A stretch of 64,000 bases of DNA, taken from an uncultured Phycisphaerales bacterium (lineage in GTDB: Bacteria > Planctomycetota > B15-G4). The stretch is from the NCBI GenBank assembly GCA_964490005.1, contig CAZBBB010000001.1, forward strand, positions 19,558-83,557, in the 5' to 3' direction. Shown here in pieces: positions 48,602 to 57,633 of this stretch. The notes beneath the pieces were generated by a model. That model was not told the origin of the DNA, did not search any database, and saw only the letters and a list, made by a program, of their open reading frames with translations. How positions within the stretch are numbered: the first letter of the stretch is position 1; every line of letters starts with the position of its first letter. Position numbers and translations under genes: made by a program.

Positions 48602-49335
48602 GGCGCCGCGCCGTCGGTCTCGGACGTCACGCGCAGGAACACGTCCTCGAGGACGCGATCGCCGCCGGCCTCCGAGCGCATCTCGGCGAGCGTGCCGGCG
48701 AGCCGCACGCGGCCGCGGTGCAGGATCACGAAGCGCGCGCAGATGCGTTCGACGATCTCGAGTTCGTGGCTCGAGACGAGCACGGCCGAGCCCGCGCGCG
48801 CCCGCGCCGCGATGGCCTCGCACATGCGTCGGCGCCCGACCGGGTCGAGGCCCGTAAGCGGCTCGTCGAGCAGCAGCGCGGCCGGCTCGTGCACGAACGC
48901 GCAGCAGATGGCGAGTTTCTGGCGCATGCCGCGCGACAGGCTGGCGGCCGTCGCGTGCCGCTTGTCGAGCAGTTCGAACTCGCCCAGCAGCGCGTCGATG
49001 CGCGCGGGCTGTTCCGCCCGCGTCAGGCCGTAGACTTCGCAGGTGAACAGCAGGTGCTCCTCGACCGTGAGCTGGTCGAAGAGCATCGGCGTGTCCGGCA
49101 CGAAGGCCAGCCGGCGCCGCGGCTCGACCGCCTCGGGGCTCAGTTCCAGCCCGCCGATCGCGATCGTGCCCCGCGTGGGCGGCAGGATGCCCGCGAGCAT
49201 GCGCAGCAGCGAGGTCTTGCCCGCGCCGTTCGCGCCGACCAGGCCGACGATCTCGCCGGGCTGCACGCGCAGGTCGACCCCGTCGACGGCGAGCACCGTG
49301 TCGTAGGCCTTGGAGACGGTGCGCGCTTCGATCAC
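48598..49335 (-). CDS. ABC transporter ATP-binding protein
   Basis: GANGAGKT (Walker A), LSRGMRQK (signature), LLLDEP (Walker B) and SSH. GTG 49335 lies 8 nt after TACAAT. Confidence 0.93.
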   Translation of the reverse strand: MIEARTVSKAYDTVLAVDGVDLRVQPGEIVGLVGANGAGKTSLLRMLAGILPPTRGTIAIGGLELSPEAVEPRRRLAFVPDTPMLFDQLTVEEHLLFTCEVYGLTRAEQPARIDALLGEFELLDKRHATAASLSRGMRQKLAICCAFVHEPAALLLDEPLTGLDPVGRRRMCEAIAARARAGSAVLVSSHELEIVERICARFVILHRGRVRLAGTLAEMRSEAGGDRVLEDVFLRVTSETDGAAP

Positions 49336-49343
49336 GGCGCGCG

Positions 49344-49349
49344 ATTGTA
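49344..49349 (-). promoter_or_regulatory. Putative -10 element TACAAT, 8 nt before the ABC ATPase GTG
   Basis: Read directly from the sequence. Confidence 0.6.
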
Positions 49350-49419
49350 CGGGCCCGCATCGACCGGGACGAAGCGCGTCGCTAGAGTGAGCCGTTCCCG
49401 TCGCCCTCCGGAATCGCCC

Positions 49420-52242
49420 ATGCTGCGCGTCCCCGCCCTCGCCCTGGCCCTGTCGCTCGCCTGCGCTCCGCTCCTCGCGCAGCAGGCCGCCGTCGCGCCC
49501 CGGCCCTGGGAGCACGAGAGCTCCGACATCCCGCTCGCGCCGCGCGTGCGCATCGGCGCCCTCGACAACGGCCTGCGCTGGGCCTGGATGGACAACACCG
49601 AGCCGCGCCAGCGCAGCTTCCTGCGGCTGCACGTCGACATCGGCAGCCTGGCGGAGACCGACGACGAACAGGGCCTGGCGCACTTCCTCGAGCACATGGC
49701 CTTCAACGGCAGCGCGAACTTCCCGCCGGGCTCGCTGGTCGAGTGGTTCCAGCGGCACGGCATGGCCTTCGGCGCCGACACCAACGCGATGACCTCGTTC
49801 AGCGAGACGATCTACCAGCTCGACCTGCCGACCTCCGACGAGGCCACGCTGCGCGAGGGCCTGCAGGTGCTGCGCGACATGGCCGACGGCCTGCTGCTGC
49901 TCGAGGAGGAGGTCGCGCGCGAAGTCGGCGTGATCGACGGCGAGGAACGCGAGCGCGACTCGGCGCGGCTGCGCGCCGCGCTGGCCGACCTTCGCCACGC
50001 CTTCGCCGGCTCGCGCGTCGTCGAGCGCATCCCGATCGGCAAGGCCGAGGTGCGCGCGCGCTTCGACGCACAGGGCGTGCGCGCCTTCTACGAGCGCTGG
50101 TACCGCCCCGACCTGATGACCCTGGTGCTCGTCGGCGACCTGGCGGGCCTCGACCCGGCGCCGCTGTTTGCGGAGTATTTCGCCGGGCTGCGGCCGCCGC
50201 CGGAGGGAGCGCCGCGCGAGCCCGCGCCCGGGCGCATCGAGCCCGCCGAGTCGGTGTTCTCGTACGCGTCGGACGAGCTGCCCGTCGTGACGATCTCGGC
50301 CGGCCGCCTGCGCCCGTGGGTCGACGAGCCGCACGACCGGGCCACCACGCTGCGCGACCTGCCGCTGGCCTTCGCGCGCCGCATGCTCAACCTGCGCTTC
50401 TCCGAACTGGCCAAGGCCGAGGGCGCGCCCTTCCTCGCGGCCTCGGTCTCGTCGGCGGGCGGGTTCCGCGTGCTCGACGGCGAGCAGCTCACGGTGGTCG
50501 CCAAGCCCGAGTCGTGGCGCGCGGCCCTGGCCCTCGGCGAGCAGGAGCTGCGTCGCGCGCTGCAGCACGGCTTCGACGAGGGCGAACTCGACGAGGTGCG
50601 GCGCGACGTGCTGCGCGAGCTCGACGAGGCCGTCGAGCGCGAAGCCACGCGTTCGAGCGCCTCTTGGACGGCCGAACTGCTGCAGGCCGTCGAGGACCGC
50701 CACGTCCCGACGAGCGCGGCCGCGGAGCGCGAACTCATGGCGCCGGCGGTGGCGGGCCTCGACGTCGACGCCTGCCGCGCGGCCTTCGCCGACGCGTGGG
50801 GCCGGGGCGCGCTGCGGCTCTCGGCCGTGGGCGGGCCGGCGCTCGAACTCGACGCGCTGAAGGCCGCCTGGGACGAGAGCGCGGTGACGGAGGTCGGGCC
50901 GCGCGAGGCGCGCGCGCGGGCGGCTTTCGCCTACGACTCGGGCGCGCGCGAGCCGGTCGAGCCCGTCGAGCGCGCGCACGTGCAGGCGCTCGACGTCGTG
51001 CAGGCGCGCTTCGCCAACGGCGTGGCGGTCAACGTCAAGCGCACCGACTTCAAGCAGAGGCAGGTGCTCGTGGCCGCGCGCGTCGGCCAGGGCCAGCTCA
51101 GCCAGGAGCCGGCCGAGGCACCGCGGGCCTTCCTGGCCGACCAGATCTTCGACCAGTCGGGCCTGGCGGCGCACTCGGTCGACGACCTGCGCCGGCTCAC
51201 GGCCGGGCGGCAGGCCACGGTGGCCTTCACCGTCGGCCCCGACGCGTTCGAGCTGCGCGGCGCCACGACGCCCGAAGACCTGCCGTTGCAGCTCGAACTG
51301 CTCGCCGCGCACCTGGCGCACCCCGGCTGGCGCGAGGAAGGGCTGCGGCAGGCGCGCCAGCAGTTCGGCCCGCTCTACGAGTCGCTCGACCGCCAGCTCA
51401 CCGGTCCGATCCAGACGCGCTTCCTGCGCGCGTTGCACGGCGGCGACCCGCGTTTCGGCCTGCCGACGCGGGAACAGCTCGAGGCGCTCGAGATGTCCGA
51501 CCTGCGGGAGTGGCTCGGCCCCGAACTCGCGGCGGGACCGATCGAGCTCACCATCGTCGGCGACGTCGACCCCGATGCGGCGCTCGCGGCGGCGGGACGC
51601 ACCTTCGGCGCCCTGCCCGAGCGACGGGCGGCGCTCGACGTGGCGTCCCGGCTCTCGGTGGCGCTGCAGAGCGGGCTGCACATGGAGGCCGAAGTGCTCA
51701 CGGAGGTCCCGGGCGCGCTCGTCGTGATCGTCTACCCGACGACCGACGGACGGCAGGCGCGCATGCGCCGCTCGCTCGTGCTGCTCGGGCAGATCGTCGC
51801 CGACCGGCTGCGCGTGCAGGTGCGCGAGGAGCGCGGCGCCGCCTACAGCCCCGGCGCCGGCAGCCAGTCGAGCCGCGTCTACCCGGGGCTCGGCAGCGTG
51901 CAGATCCAGGCCATGGCCGCGTCGGGACGCGAGGCCGAACTGCTCGAAGCCTGTCTCGCGGTGGGCGACGCGCTGGCCGCCGACGGGATCACCGAGGAGG
52001 AACTCGCGCGCCAGCGTGAGCCGCTGCTGGCGCGCCTGCGCGACGAATTGCGCCGCAACGGCTTCTGGCTCGAACTGCTGTCCGAGAGCCAGAGCAACCC
52101 GGCCTTCCTGGAGGAGGCCACGACGCTGCTCTCGGAGTACGAGTCGATCGGCGTCGACGAACTCTCGGCGCTGGCCAAGCGCCATCTGGCGCGCGAGCAG
52201 GCGTCGTGGATCGTCGTGCGCAGCAGGGCGCCGGGCACCTGA
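49420..52242 (+). CDS. M16-family (insulinase/PqqL-like) zinc peptidase, exported, four-domain
   Basis: ATG 49420 signal peptide; HFLEH inverted zinc motif, NAMTSF, FYERWYRPD and REERGAAYS. Confidence 0.9.
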   Translation: MLRVPALALALSLACAPLLAQQAAVAPRPWEHESSDIPLAPRVRIGALDNGLRWAWMDNTEPRQRSFLRLHVDIGSLAETDDEQGLAHFLEHMAFNGSANFPPGSLVEWFQRHGMAFGADTNAMTSFSETIYQLDLPTSDEATLREGLQVLRDMADGLLLLEEEVAREVGVIDGEERERDSARLRAALADLRHAFAGSRVVERIPIGKAEVRARFDAQGVRAFYERWYRPDLMTLVLVGDLAGLDPAPLFAEYFAGLRPPPEGAPREPAPGRIEPAESVFSYASDELPVVTISAGRLRPWVDEPHDRATTLRDLPLAFARRMLNLRFSELAKAEGAPFLAASVSSAGGFRVLDGEQLTVVAKPESWRAALALGEQELRRALQHGFDEGELDEVRRDVLRELDEAVEREATRSSASWTAELLQAVEDRHVPTSAAAERELMAPAVAGLDVDACRAAFADAWGRGALRLSAVGGPALELDALKAAWDESAVTEVGPREARARAAFAYDSGAREPVEPVERAHVQALDVVQARFANGVAVNVKRTDFKQRQVLVAARVGQGQLSQEPAEAPRAFLADQIFDQSGLAAHSVDDLRRLTAGRQATVAFTVGPDAFELRGATTPEDLPLQLELLAAHLAHPGWREEGLRQARQQFGPLYESLDRQLTGPIQTRFLRALHGGDPRFGLPTREQLEALEMSDLREWLGPELAAGPIELTIVGDVDPDAALAAAGRTFGALPERRAALDVASRLSVALQSGLHMEAEVLTEVPGALVVIVYPTTDGRQARMRRSLVLLGQIVADRLRVQVREERGAAYSPGAGSQSSRVYPGLGSVQIQAMAASGREAELLEACLAVGDALAADGITEEELARQREPLLARLRDELRRNGFWLELLSESQSNPAFLEEATTLLSEYESIGVDELSALAKRHLAREQASWIVVRSRAPGT

Positions 52243-52327
52243 GCGGGCGGCGGCGCGCGCGGCCCGGCCCCGACCGCGCGCCCGTCCGAGGCAGACGGGG
52301 GCCGGCGCAACGCGGAGATCGATCGAC

Positions 52328-52750
52328 ATGGGCGGCGTGAACCCCTACATGGAGCAGGTGCGGGCCGATCTGCCCGAGCGGCCCTACGTGATGACCTTCG
52401 TGCTCGGCGCGCAAGGCGAGCAGCGGCAGGTCGAGGTCGATCCGGCGCGCCTGCCCTACGGGCACGACGGGCTGCCGGGCAGCGTGCTCGACATCGCGAT
52501 GGGCCACGGCATCGAGCTCGACCACGCCTGCGGCGGAGTGGCGGCCTGTTCGACCTGTCACGTCGTCGTGGAGGCCGGCGAGCAGACCTTCAACGCGATG
52601 AGCGAGACCGAAGAGGACATGCTCGACCTCGCGCCCGGCCTCACGCCCAGCAGCCGGCTCGGCTGTCAGGCGATCAGCAACGGCAGGAGCCCGGTGCGCG
52701 TGTGCATCCCCTCGTGGAACCGCAATCTCGTCGCCGAAGGGCCGCACTGA
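52328..52750 (+). CDS. fdx: 2Fe-2S ferredoxin (ISC/adrenodoxin type) with an N-terminal extension
   Basis: HACGGVAACSTCHV, EEDMLD and SRLGCQ. GGAGA RBS before ATG 52328. Confidence 0.9.
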   Translation: MGGVNPYMEQVRADLPERPYVMTFVLGAQGEQRQVEVDPARLPYGHDGLPGSVLDIAMGHGIELDHACGGVAACSTCHVVVEAGEQTFNAMSETEEDMLDLAPGLTPSSRLGCQAISNGRSPVRVCIPSWNRNLVAEGPH

Positions 52751-52836
52751 GACTCGGGCGCCGTCGGCGGTCGGGGCGCCGCGCCGACGCGCGCCGGGGC
52801 GTTCAACTCGTCCCCGGCGCGGGCCGATGACGTTCC

Positions 52837-53205
52837 GTGAGCATGGAACTCCCGGTGCTCAGCCGCCGACTCCCGCCCGCGCGCACGCTCGCGCTCGGCC
52901 TGCCCGGCAGCACGCTGGCGATGGTCGTGCTGCTGCTCGCATCGATCGACGGCTTTGCGACGATCCTGGTGCTGCGCCGCGAGGTCGGCATCGAGGTCAA
53001 CCCGCTCATGCGCTGGCTCCTCGGGCACGGCGAGCTGCCCTTCCTGCTCATCAAGCTGCTGCTGACCGCCCTCTGCGCGCGCTGGATCGCGCGCCACGCC
53101 GCGCACCCCTACGGTCGCCTCGCCGCCGTCGTCGCCCTCGCGATCTACCTGCCGATCACGGGCCTGCACATCTTCAACAACTGGGCGCCGCGCCTGTTGT
53201 TCTGA
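52837..53205 (+). CDS. DUF5658-like small membrane protein
   Basis: DGFAT...EVNPLMRWLL...FLLIKL pattern with three TM helices. The start may be ATG 52843. Confidence 0.7.
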   Translation: MSMELPVLSRRLPPARTLALGLPGSTLAMVVLLLASIDGFATILVLRREVGIEVNPLMRWLLGHGELPFLLIKLLLTALCARWIARHAAHPYGRLAAVVALAIYLPITGLHIFNNWAPRLLF

Positions 53206-53209
53206 GCGT

Positions 53210-53293
53210 TGGTGCGAGGGGGGGGAGTCGAACCCCCACGGGTTGCCCCACCGGATCCTAAGTCCGGCGCGTCTGCCGTTCCGCCACCCTCGC
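53210..53293 (-). tRNA. tRNA-Leu (UAG)
   Basis: GCGAGGG/CCCTCGC acceptor stem, CCGGA-CT-TAG-GA-TCCGG anticodon arm, long variable arm, GGGGG-TTCGACT-CCCCC T arm, encoded CCA. Confidence 0.96.
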
Positions 53294-53316
53294 GCGGACG
53301 GGCATTGTAGGCCGGC

Positions 53317-54633
53317 TCAGGCGCGCGGCGCGCCGGCCGGCGCGGCCACGGGCGGATCGTCGGGCACCAGCCGGTCGACGACCGCCGCCGCGACCGTGTC
53401 GCTCCAGACGTTGACGGTGGTGCGGCACATGTCGAGCACGCGGTCGACCGCCAGGATCAGCCCGACGGCGTCGAGCGGCAGGCCGACCGCGCCGAGCACG
53501 ACCATCATCATGACCGTGCCGGCGTGCGGGATGCCGGCCGCGCCGATGCTGGCCAGCAGCGCGGTGAAGGCCACGACCGCCTGGCTCGCGAAGGACAGGT
53601 CGTTGCCGTAGGCCTGCGCGATGAACAGCACCGCCACGGCCTCGTAGAGCGCCGTGCCGTCCATGTTGATCGTCGCGCCGAGCGGCAGCACGAAGGACGA
53701 GATGCGGTTGCGCACGCCGCCGCGCTTCTCGGTGCTGCTCAGAGTGAGCGGCAGCGTGCCGTTGCTGCTCGCGGTCGAGAAGGCCGTCATGAGCGCGGGC
53801 GACACGGCCCGCGCGTAGGCGCCCACCTTGCGGCGCGCGAGCAGCCGCAGGAGCAGCGGGAGCGTGATCAGGGCGTGGATCAGCAGCGCCACGAGCACCG
53901 TCAGCATGTAGAGGCCCAGCGCCGCGAAGACCGAGAACCCCTTGCCCGCCGCCGCGTACAGCATGAAGCCGAAGACGCCGATCGGCGCGAGCGCCACGAT
54001 CGCCATCGTGAGCGCCATCATCACCTCGAAGGCCGCCTCGAAGAACCGCGTCAGCAGCCGGCCGTGCTCGCCGCCGACCTTGACCACGAAGATGCCGAAC
54101 AGGATGGCGAAGAAGATCACGGCCAGGATCGCGCCGTTGCCCGGGTCGGCCAGCGCCGCGACCGGATTCTTCGGGATCAGGTTGAGCAGCTGGTTCCACA
54201 GCGTCGCGCCGAGCCCGCCGTCGGAGAGCACTTCGGGCCGCACGACCGTCTCGGCCGCCGCGCCCTGCTGCAGCAGGGCCAGGTCGGCGCCGACGCCGGG
54301 CCGGATCAGGTTCACCACCAGCAGTCCGGTGCAGATCGCGAGCAGGCTCGTCCCGAGGTAGTAGCCGAGCGTGAGGCCGCCGAGCCGCGGCAGGCCCTTG
54401 AGGCTGCCGGTCGAGGTCACGCCGCTCACGATCGAGGTCAGGATCAGCGGCACCACGATCATCGAGAGCAGGCGCAGGAAGATGTCGCCGATCGCGCGGC
54501 CCCAGCCGGCGATCTCGCGCACGCTCGTGACGTCGAGCGCGCCGCGCTCGGCGGCGACGTTGAGCGGCAGGCCGATCGCGGCCCCGAGGCCCATGCCGAT
54601 CAGGATCTGCCAGTGGAGTGCGGGACGTCGCAT
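53317..54633 (-). CDS. Dicarboxylate/amino acid:cation symporter (DAACS family)
   Basis: ATG 54633 LHWQILIG; FLRLLSMIVVPLI, AFSTASSNGTLP, LGATINMDGTALY and AVDRVLDMCRTTVNV. Confidence 0.95.
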   Translation of the reverse strand: MRRPALHWQILIGMGLGAAIGLPLNVAAERGALDVTSVREIAGWGRAIGDIFLRLLSMIVVPLILTSIVSGVTSTGSLKGLPRLGGLTLGYYLGTSLLAICTGLLVVNLIRPGVGADLALLQQGAAAETVVRPEVLSDGGLGATLWNQLLNLIPKNPVAALADPGNGAILAVIFFAILFGIFVVKVGGEHGRLLTRFFEAAFEVMMALTMAIVALAPIGVFGFMLYAAAGKGFSVFAALGLYMLTVLVALLIHALITLPLLLRLLARRKVGAYARAVSPALMTAFSTASSNGTLPLTLSSTEKRGGVRNRISSFVLPLGATINMDGTALYEAVAVLFIAQAYGNDLSFASQAVVAFTALLASIGAAGIPHAGTVMMMVVLGAVGLPLDAVGLILAVDRVLDMCRTTVNVWSDTVAAAVVDRLVPDDPPVAAPAGAPRA

Positions 54634-54755
54634 GGCTTGCGCGCAGCCTAACGCGGCGGCGCGCGCGGTCCCAGCCCGCGCCGCGCGCACCGCCGGCCGG
54701 TCGCCCGCGTCTCGGGGCTGCGAGAGGCGCGGTCGTCGCGGTACAACGCGGCCCC

Positions 54756-55244
54756 ATGGAGCCCGCCATCTGCACCGTCCGCGACGCGCGGCCCGCCGAC
54801 CTCGAGGCGCTCGTCGCCTTCAATCTCGCCATGGCGGCCGAGACCGAGGACAAGGACCTGCACGCGCCGACGCTGCGTCGCGGCGTTCTGCGCGCGCTGG
54901 GCGACGCCGCGCGCGGCCGCTACCTGCTGGCCGAACTGCAGGGCGCGCCCGCCGGCGCGCTGCTGCTCACCCTCGAGTGGAGCGACTGGCGCGACGGCTG
55001 GTTCTGGTGGATCCAGAGCGTGTACGTCGCCCCGGCCGCGCGGCGGCGCGGCGTGTACCGCGCGCTGCACGACGCGGTCGTGGCGCGCGCGCGGGCCGCG
55101 GGCGACGTCGTGGGCATCCGCCTGTACGTCGAGCGCGACAACGCCGGCGCGCAACGCACCTACGAGTCGCTCGGCATGCGGCCGGCGGGCTACCGCATGT
55201 ACGAGCTGGCGCTGCAGCGTCGGGCGGGGGCATCCGACGCGTAG
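54756..55244 (+). CDS. GNAT-family N-acetyltransferase
   Basis: EWSDWRDG...IQSVYV.P..RRRGVY...RLYVERDNAGAQRTYESLGM. Confidence 0.9.
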   Translation: MEPAICTVRDARPADLEALVAFNLAMAAETEDKDLHAPTLRRGVLRALGDAARGRYLLAELQGAPAGALLLTLEWSDWRDGWFWWIQSVYVAPAARRRGVYRALHDAVVARARAAGDVVGIRLYVERDNAGAQRTYESLGMRPAGYRMYELALQRRAGASDA

Positions 55245-55277
55245 GCCGCCGCGCGCCGCCGCGCGGACGGCCGCCGC

Positions 55278-57557
55278 TCAGGCCGAGACGCCCTCGGCGT
55301 TCTGCGCCCGCAGGTAGTTGAGCGCCGAGCCGGCGCGGAACCAGGCGATCTGCAGCTCGTCGAGCGTGTGCGCGCACGCGAAGCTCTCGCGGCTGCCGTC
55401 GGCGTGCGTCAGTTCGACCGTCACCGCGCTGCCGGGCGCGAGCGTGTCGATTCCGGCGAACGTCAGCCGATCGTCCTCGCGCACCAGATCCCAGGCCGCC
55501 GGGTCCCTGAAGGTCAGGGCCAGCAGGCCCTGCTTCTTGAGATTGGTCTCGGCGATGCGCGCGAAGCTGCGCGCGATGACGGCCCGGCCGCCGAGCCAGC
55601 GCGGCGACATGGCCGCGTGCTCGCGCGAACTGCCCTCGCCGTAGTTGCCGTCGCCGATGACGACCCAGCCCTTGCCGGCCGCGCGATACGCCTTGGCCAG
55701 CGCGGGCAGCGCGACGCCGGCCTGGCCGGTGAGCACGTTGCGGGCCGTGCCGATCTCGCCGGTGAAGGCGTTGGTCGCCCCCGTGTAGCAGTTGTCGGAG
55801 ATGTGGGCGAGATGCCCGCGGTACTTGAGCCACTTGCCGGCCGGCGAGATGTGGTCGGTCGTGCACTTGCCCTTCACCTTGAGCAGCACCGGCAGGTCGC
55901 GCAGCTGCGCGGCCGTGATCGGCGCGAAGGGCTCGAGCAGCTGCAGGCGTTCGCTGCCTTCGCGCACGGCCAGCGGCGCCGGGGCGCCGCGGCGCCCGGG
56001 CGGGGCGACGAAGCCCGCGAAGCTGCTGGCCATGCCGCGCTGCGGCAGCGGCCTGCCGGTCGGCGGCGCGAGCTTGAAGGCCCGGCCGTCCGCGCCGGTC
56101 AGCGTGTCGCGGCGCGGGTCGAAGTCCAGGCGCCCGGCGAGCGCGAGCGCGACGACGACCTCGGGGCTGGAGATGAAGGCCAGCGTCTCGTGGTTGCCGT
56201 CGTTGCGTCCGCTGAAGTTGCGGTTGTAGCTGGTGAGGATCGAGTTGACCTCGCCCTTGGCCACGTCGTCGCGCTGCCACTGCCCGATGCAGGGGCCGCA
56301 GGCGTTGGCGAGCACGGTGGCGCCGATGTCGGCCAGCGCCTGCATCTGCCCGTCGCGACGGATCGTCTGGTCGACGGTGTCGCTGCCCGGCGTGACCATG
56401 AGCGGCGTCTTCACCTTCAGGCCGGCCTTGCTGGCCTGCGCCGCCACCGAGGCGGCGCGCTCCATGTCCTCGTAGCTGCTGTTGGTGCACGAGCCGATGA
56501 GAGCCGCCTTGAGCTGCGCGGGCCAGCGCTCCTTGGCCACCTCGGCCTGCAGGTCGGCGAGCGGGCGCGCGCGGTCGGGGGTGTGGGGGCCGACGACCAT
56601 CGGCGGCAGCGACGAGAGGTCGATCTCGATCACGCGGTCGTAGAACTTGCCGGGCTCGCGCGCGACCTCGGGGTCGGCGCGCAGGGCGGCCGCGTGCGCG
56701 CGTGCGGCCGTGGCCCAGGCCTCGCGGCCCGTGGCCTGCAGGTAGTCGGCCATGTTCGCGTCGAAGGGGAAGATCGAGGTCGTCGCGCCGTGCTCGGCGC
56801 CCATGTTGCAGATGGTGCCCTTGCCCGTGCACGAGATGCTCTCGCAGCCGGGGCCGAAGTACTCGACGATGTGGTTGGTGCCGCCCTTGACCGTGAGCAG
56901 CTCGCAGACGCGCAGGATGACGTCCTTGGCGCTGGTCCAGCCGTCGAGCCGGCCCTTGAGGTGCACGCCGATGACCTTCGGCCACTTGATCGTGAAGGGC
57001 AGGCCCGCCATGACCTCCATCGCGTCGGCGCCGCCGCAGCCGATCGCGACCATCCCGAGGCCGCCCGCGTTGGGCGTGTGGCTGTCGGTGCCGATCATCA
57101 GCCCGCCGGGGAAGGCGTAGTTCTCGAGCACGACCTGGTGGATGATGCCGCTGCCCGGCTCCCAGAAACCGCAGCCGTAGCGCGCGGCCGCCGACTTGAG
57201 GAAGGCGTAGACCTCGGCGTTCTCCTCGTGGGCCACCGCGAGGTCGGCCTCTCGCCCCCTGCGGGCGCGGATGAGATGGTCGCAGTGCACGGTCGCCGGC
57301 ACGGCCGACTCGTCGCGCCCCGCGAGCGAGAACTGCAGCAGCGCCATCTGCGCGGTGGCGTCCTGCATCGCGACGCGGTCGGGCAGCAGGTCGACGTAGG
57401 TCTTGCCGCGCTCGGGGCTCGCCAGGTGCGGGTCGGCGAGATGGCTCGCGAGCACCTTCTCGGCCAGCGTGAGCGGTCGGCCGAGCTGCCTGCGGAAGCG
57501 CTCGTGGGACTCGGCCAGGCCGGCGTACAGATTCTCGATGCGGGACAGGTCGCTCAT
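55278..57557 (-). CDS. acnA: Aconitate hydratase, mitochondrial-like type
   Basis: DRVAMQDATAQMALLQF, HCDHLI, GIIHQVVLENY, IGSCTNSS, ACGPCIGQW, CTTDHISPAG and NYGEGSSREHAA. Confidence 0.93.
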   Translation of the reverse strand: MSDLSRIENLYAGLAESHERFRRQLGRPLTLAEKVLASHLADPHLASPERGKTYVDLLPDRVAMQDATAQMALLQFSLAGRDESAVPATVHCDHLIRARRGREADLAVAHEENAEVYAFLKSAAARYGCGFWEPGSGIIHQVVLENYAFPGGLMIGTDSHTPNAGGLGMVAIGCGGADAMEVMAGLPFTIKWPKVIGVHLKGRLDGWTSAKDVILRVCELLTVKGGTNHIVEYFGPGCESISCTGKGTICNMGAEHGATTSIFPFDANMADYLQATGREAWATAARAHAAALRADPEVAREPGKFYDRVIEIDLSSLPPMVVGPHTPDRARPLADLQAEVAKERWPAQLKAALIGSCTNSSYEDMERAASVAAQASKAGLKVKTPLMVTPGSDTVDQTIRRDGQMQALADIGATVLANACGPCIGQWQRDDVAKGEVNSILTSYNRNFSGRNDGNHETLAFISSPEVVVALALAGRLDFDPRRDTLTGADGRAFKLAPPTGRPLPQRGMASSFAGFVAPPGRRGAPAPLAVREGSERLQLLEPFAPITAAQLRDLPVLLKVKGKCTTDHISPAGKWLKYRGHLAHISDNCYTGATNAFTGEIGTARNVLTGQAGVALPALAKAYRAAGKGWVVIGDGNYGEGSSREHAAMSPRWLGGRAVIARSFARIAETNLKKQGLLALTFRDPAAWDLVREDDRLTFAGIDTLAPGSAVTVELTHADGSRESFACAHTLDELQIAWFRAGSALNYLRAQNAEGVSA

Positions 57558-57633
57558 GGCGTGCGGCTCGCTCTCTCGTGCGTGCGTTGGCCCTGCGATT
57601 CTACCCGAAGCCCGCCGGCGTCCCGCGCGGCGC

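Noticed and set aside
52243-52310. GC-rich hairpin as an intrinsic terminator or riboswitch
   Set aside because: An 8-bp stem (gcgcgcgg/ccgcgcgc) exists, but there is no U-tract and no recognisable riboswitch consensus, so it is not supportable as a feature.
53218-53225. G8 homopolymer as a phase-variation tract
   Set aside because: It is the paired T-stem and acceptor stem of tRNA-Leu.
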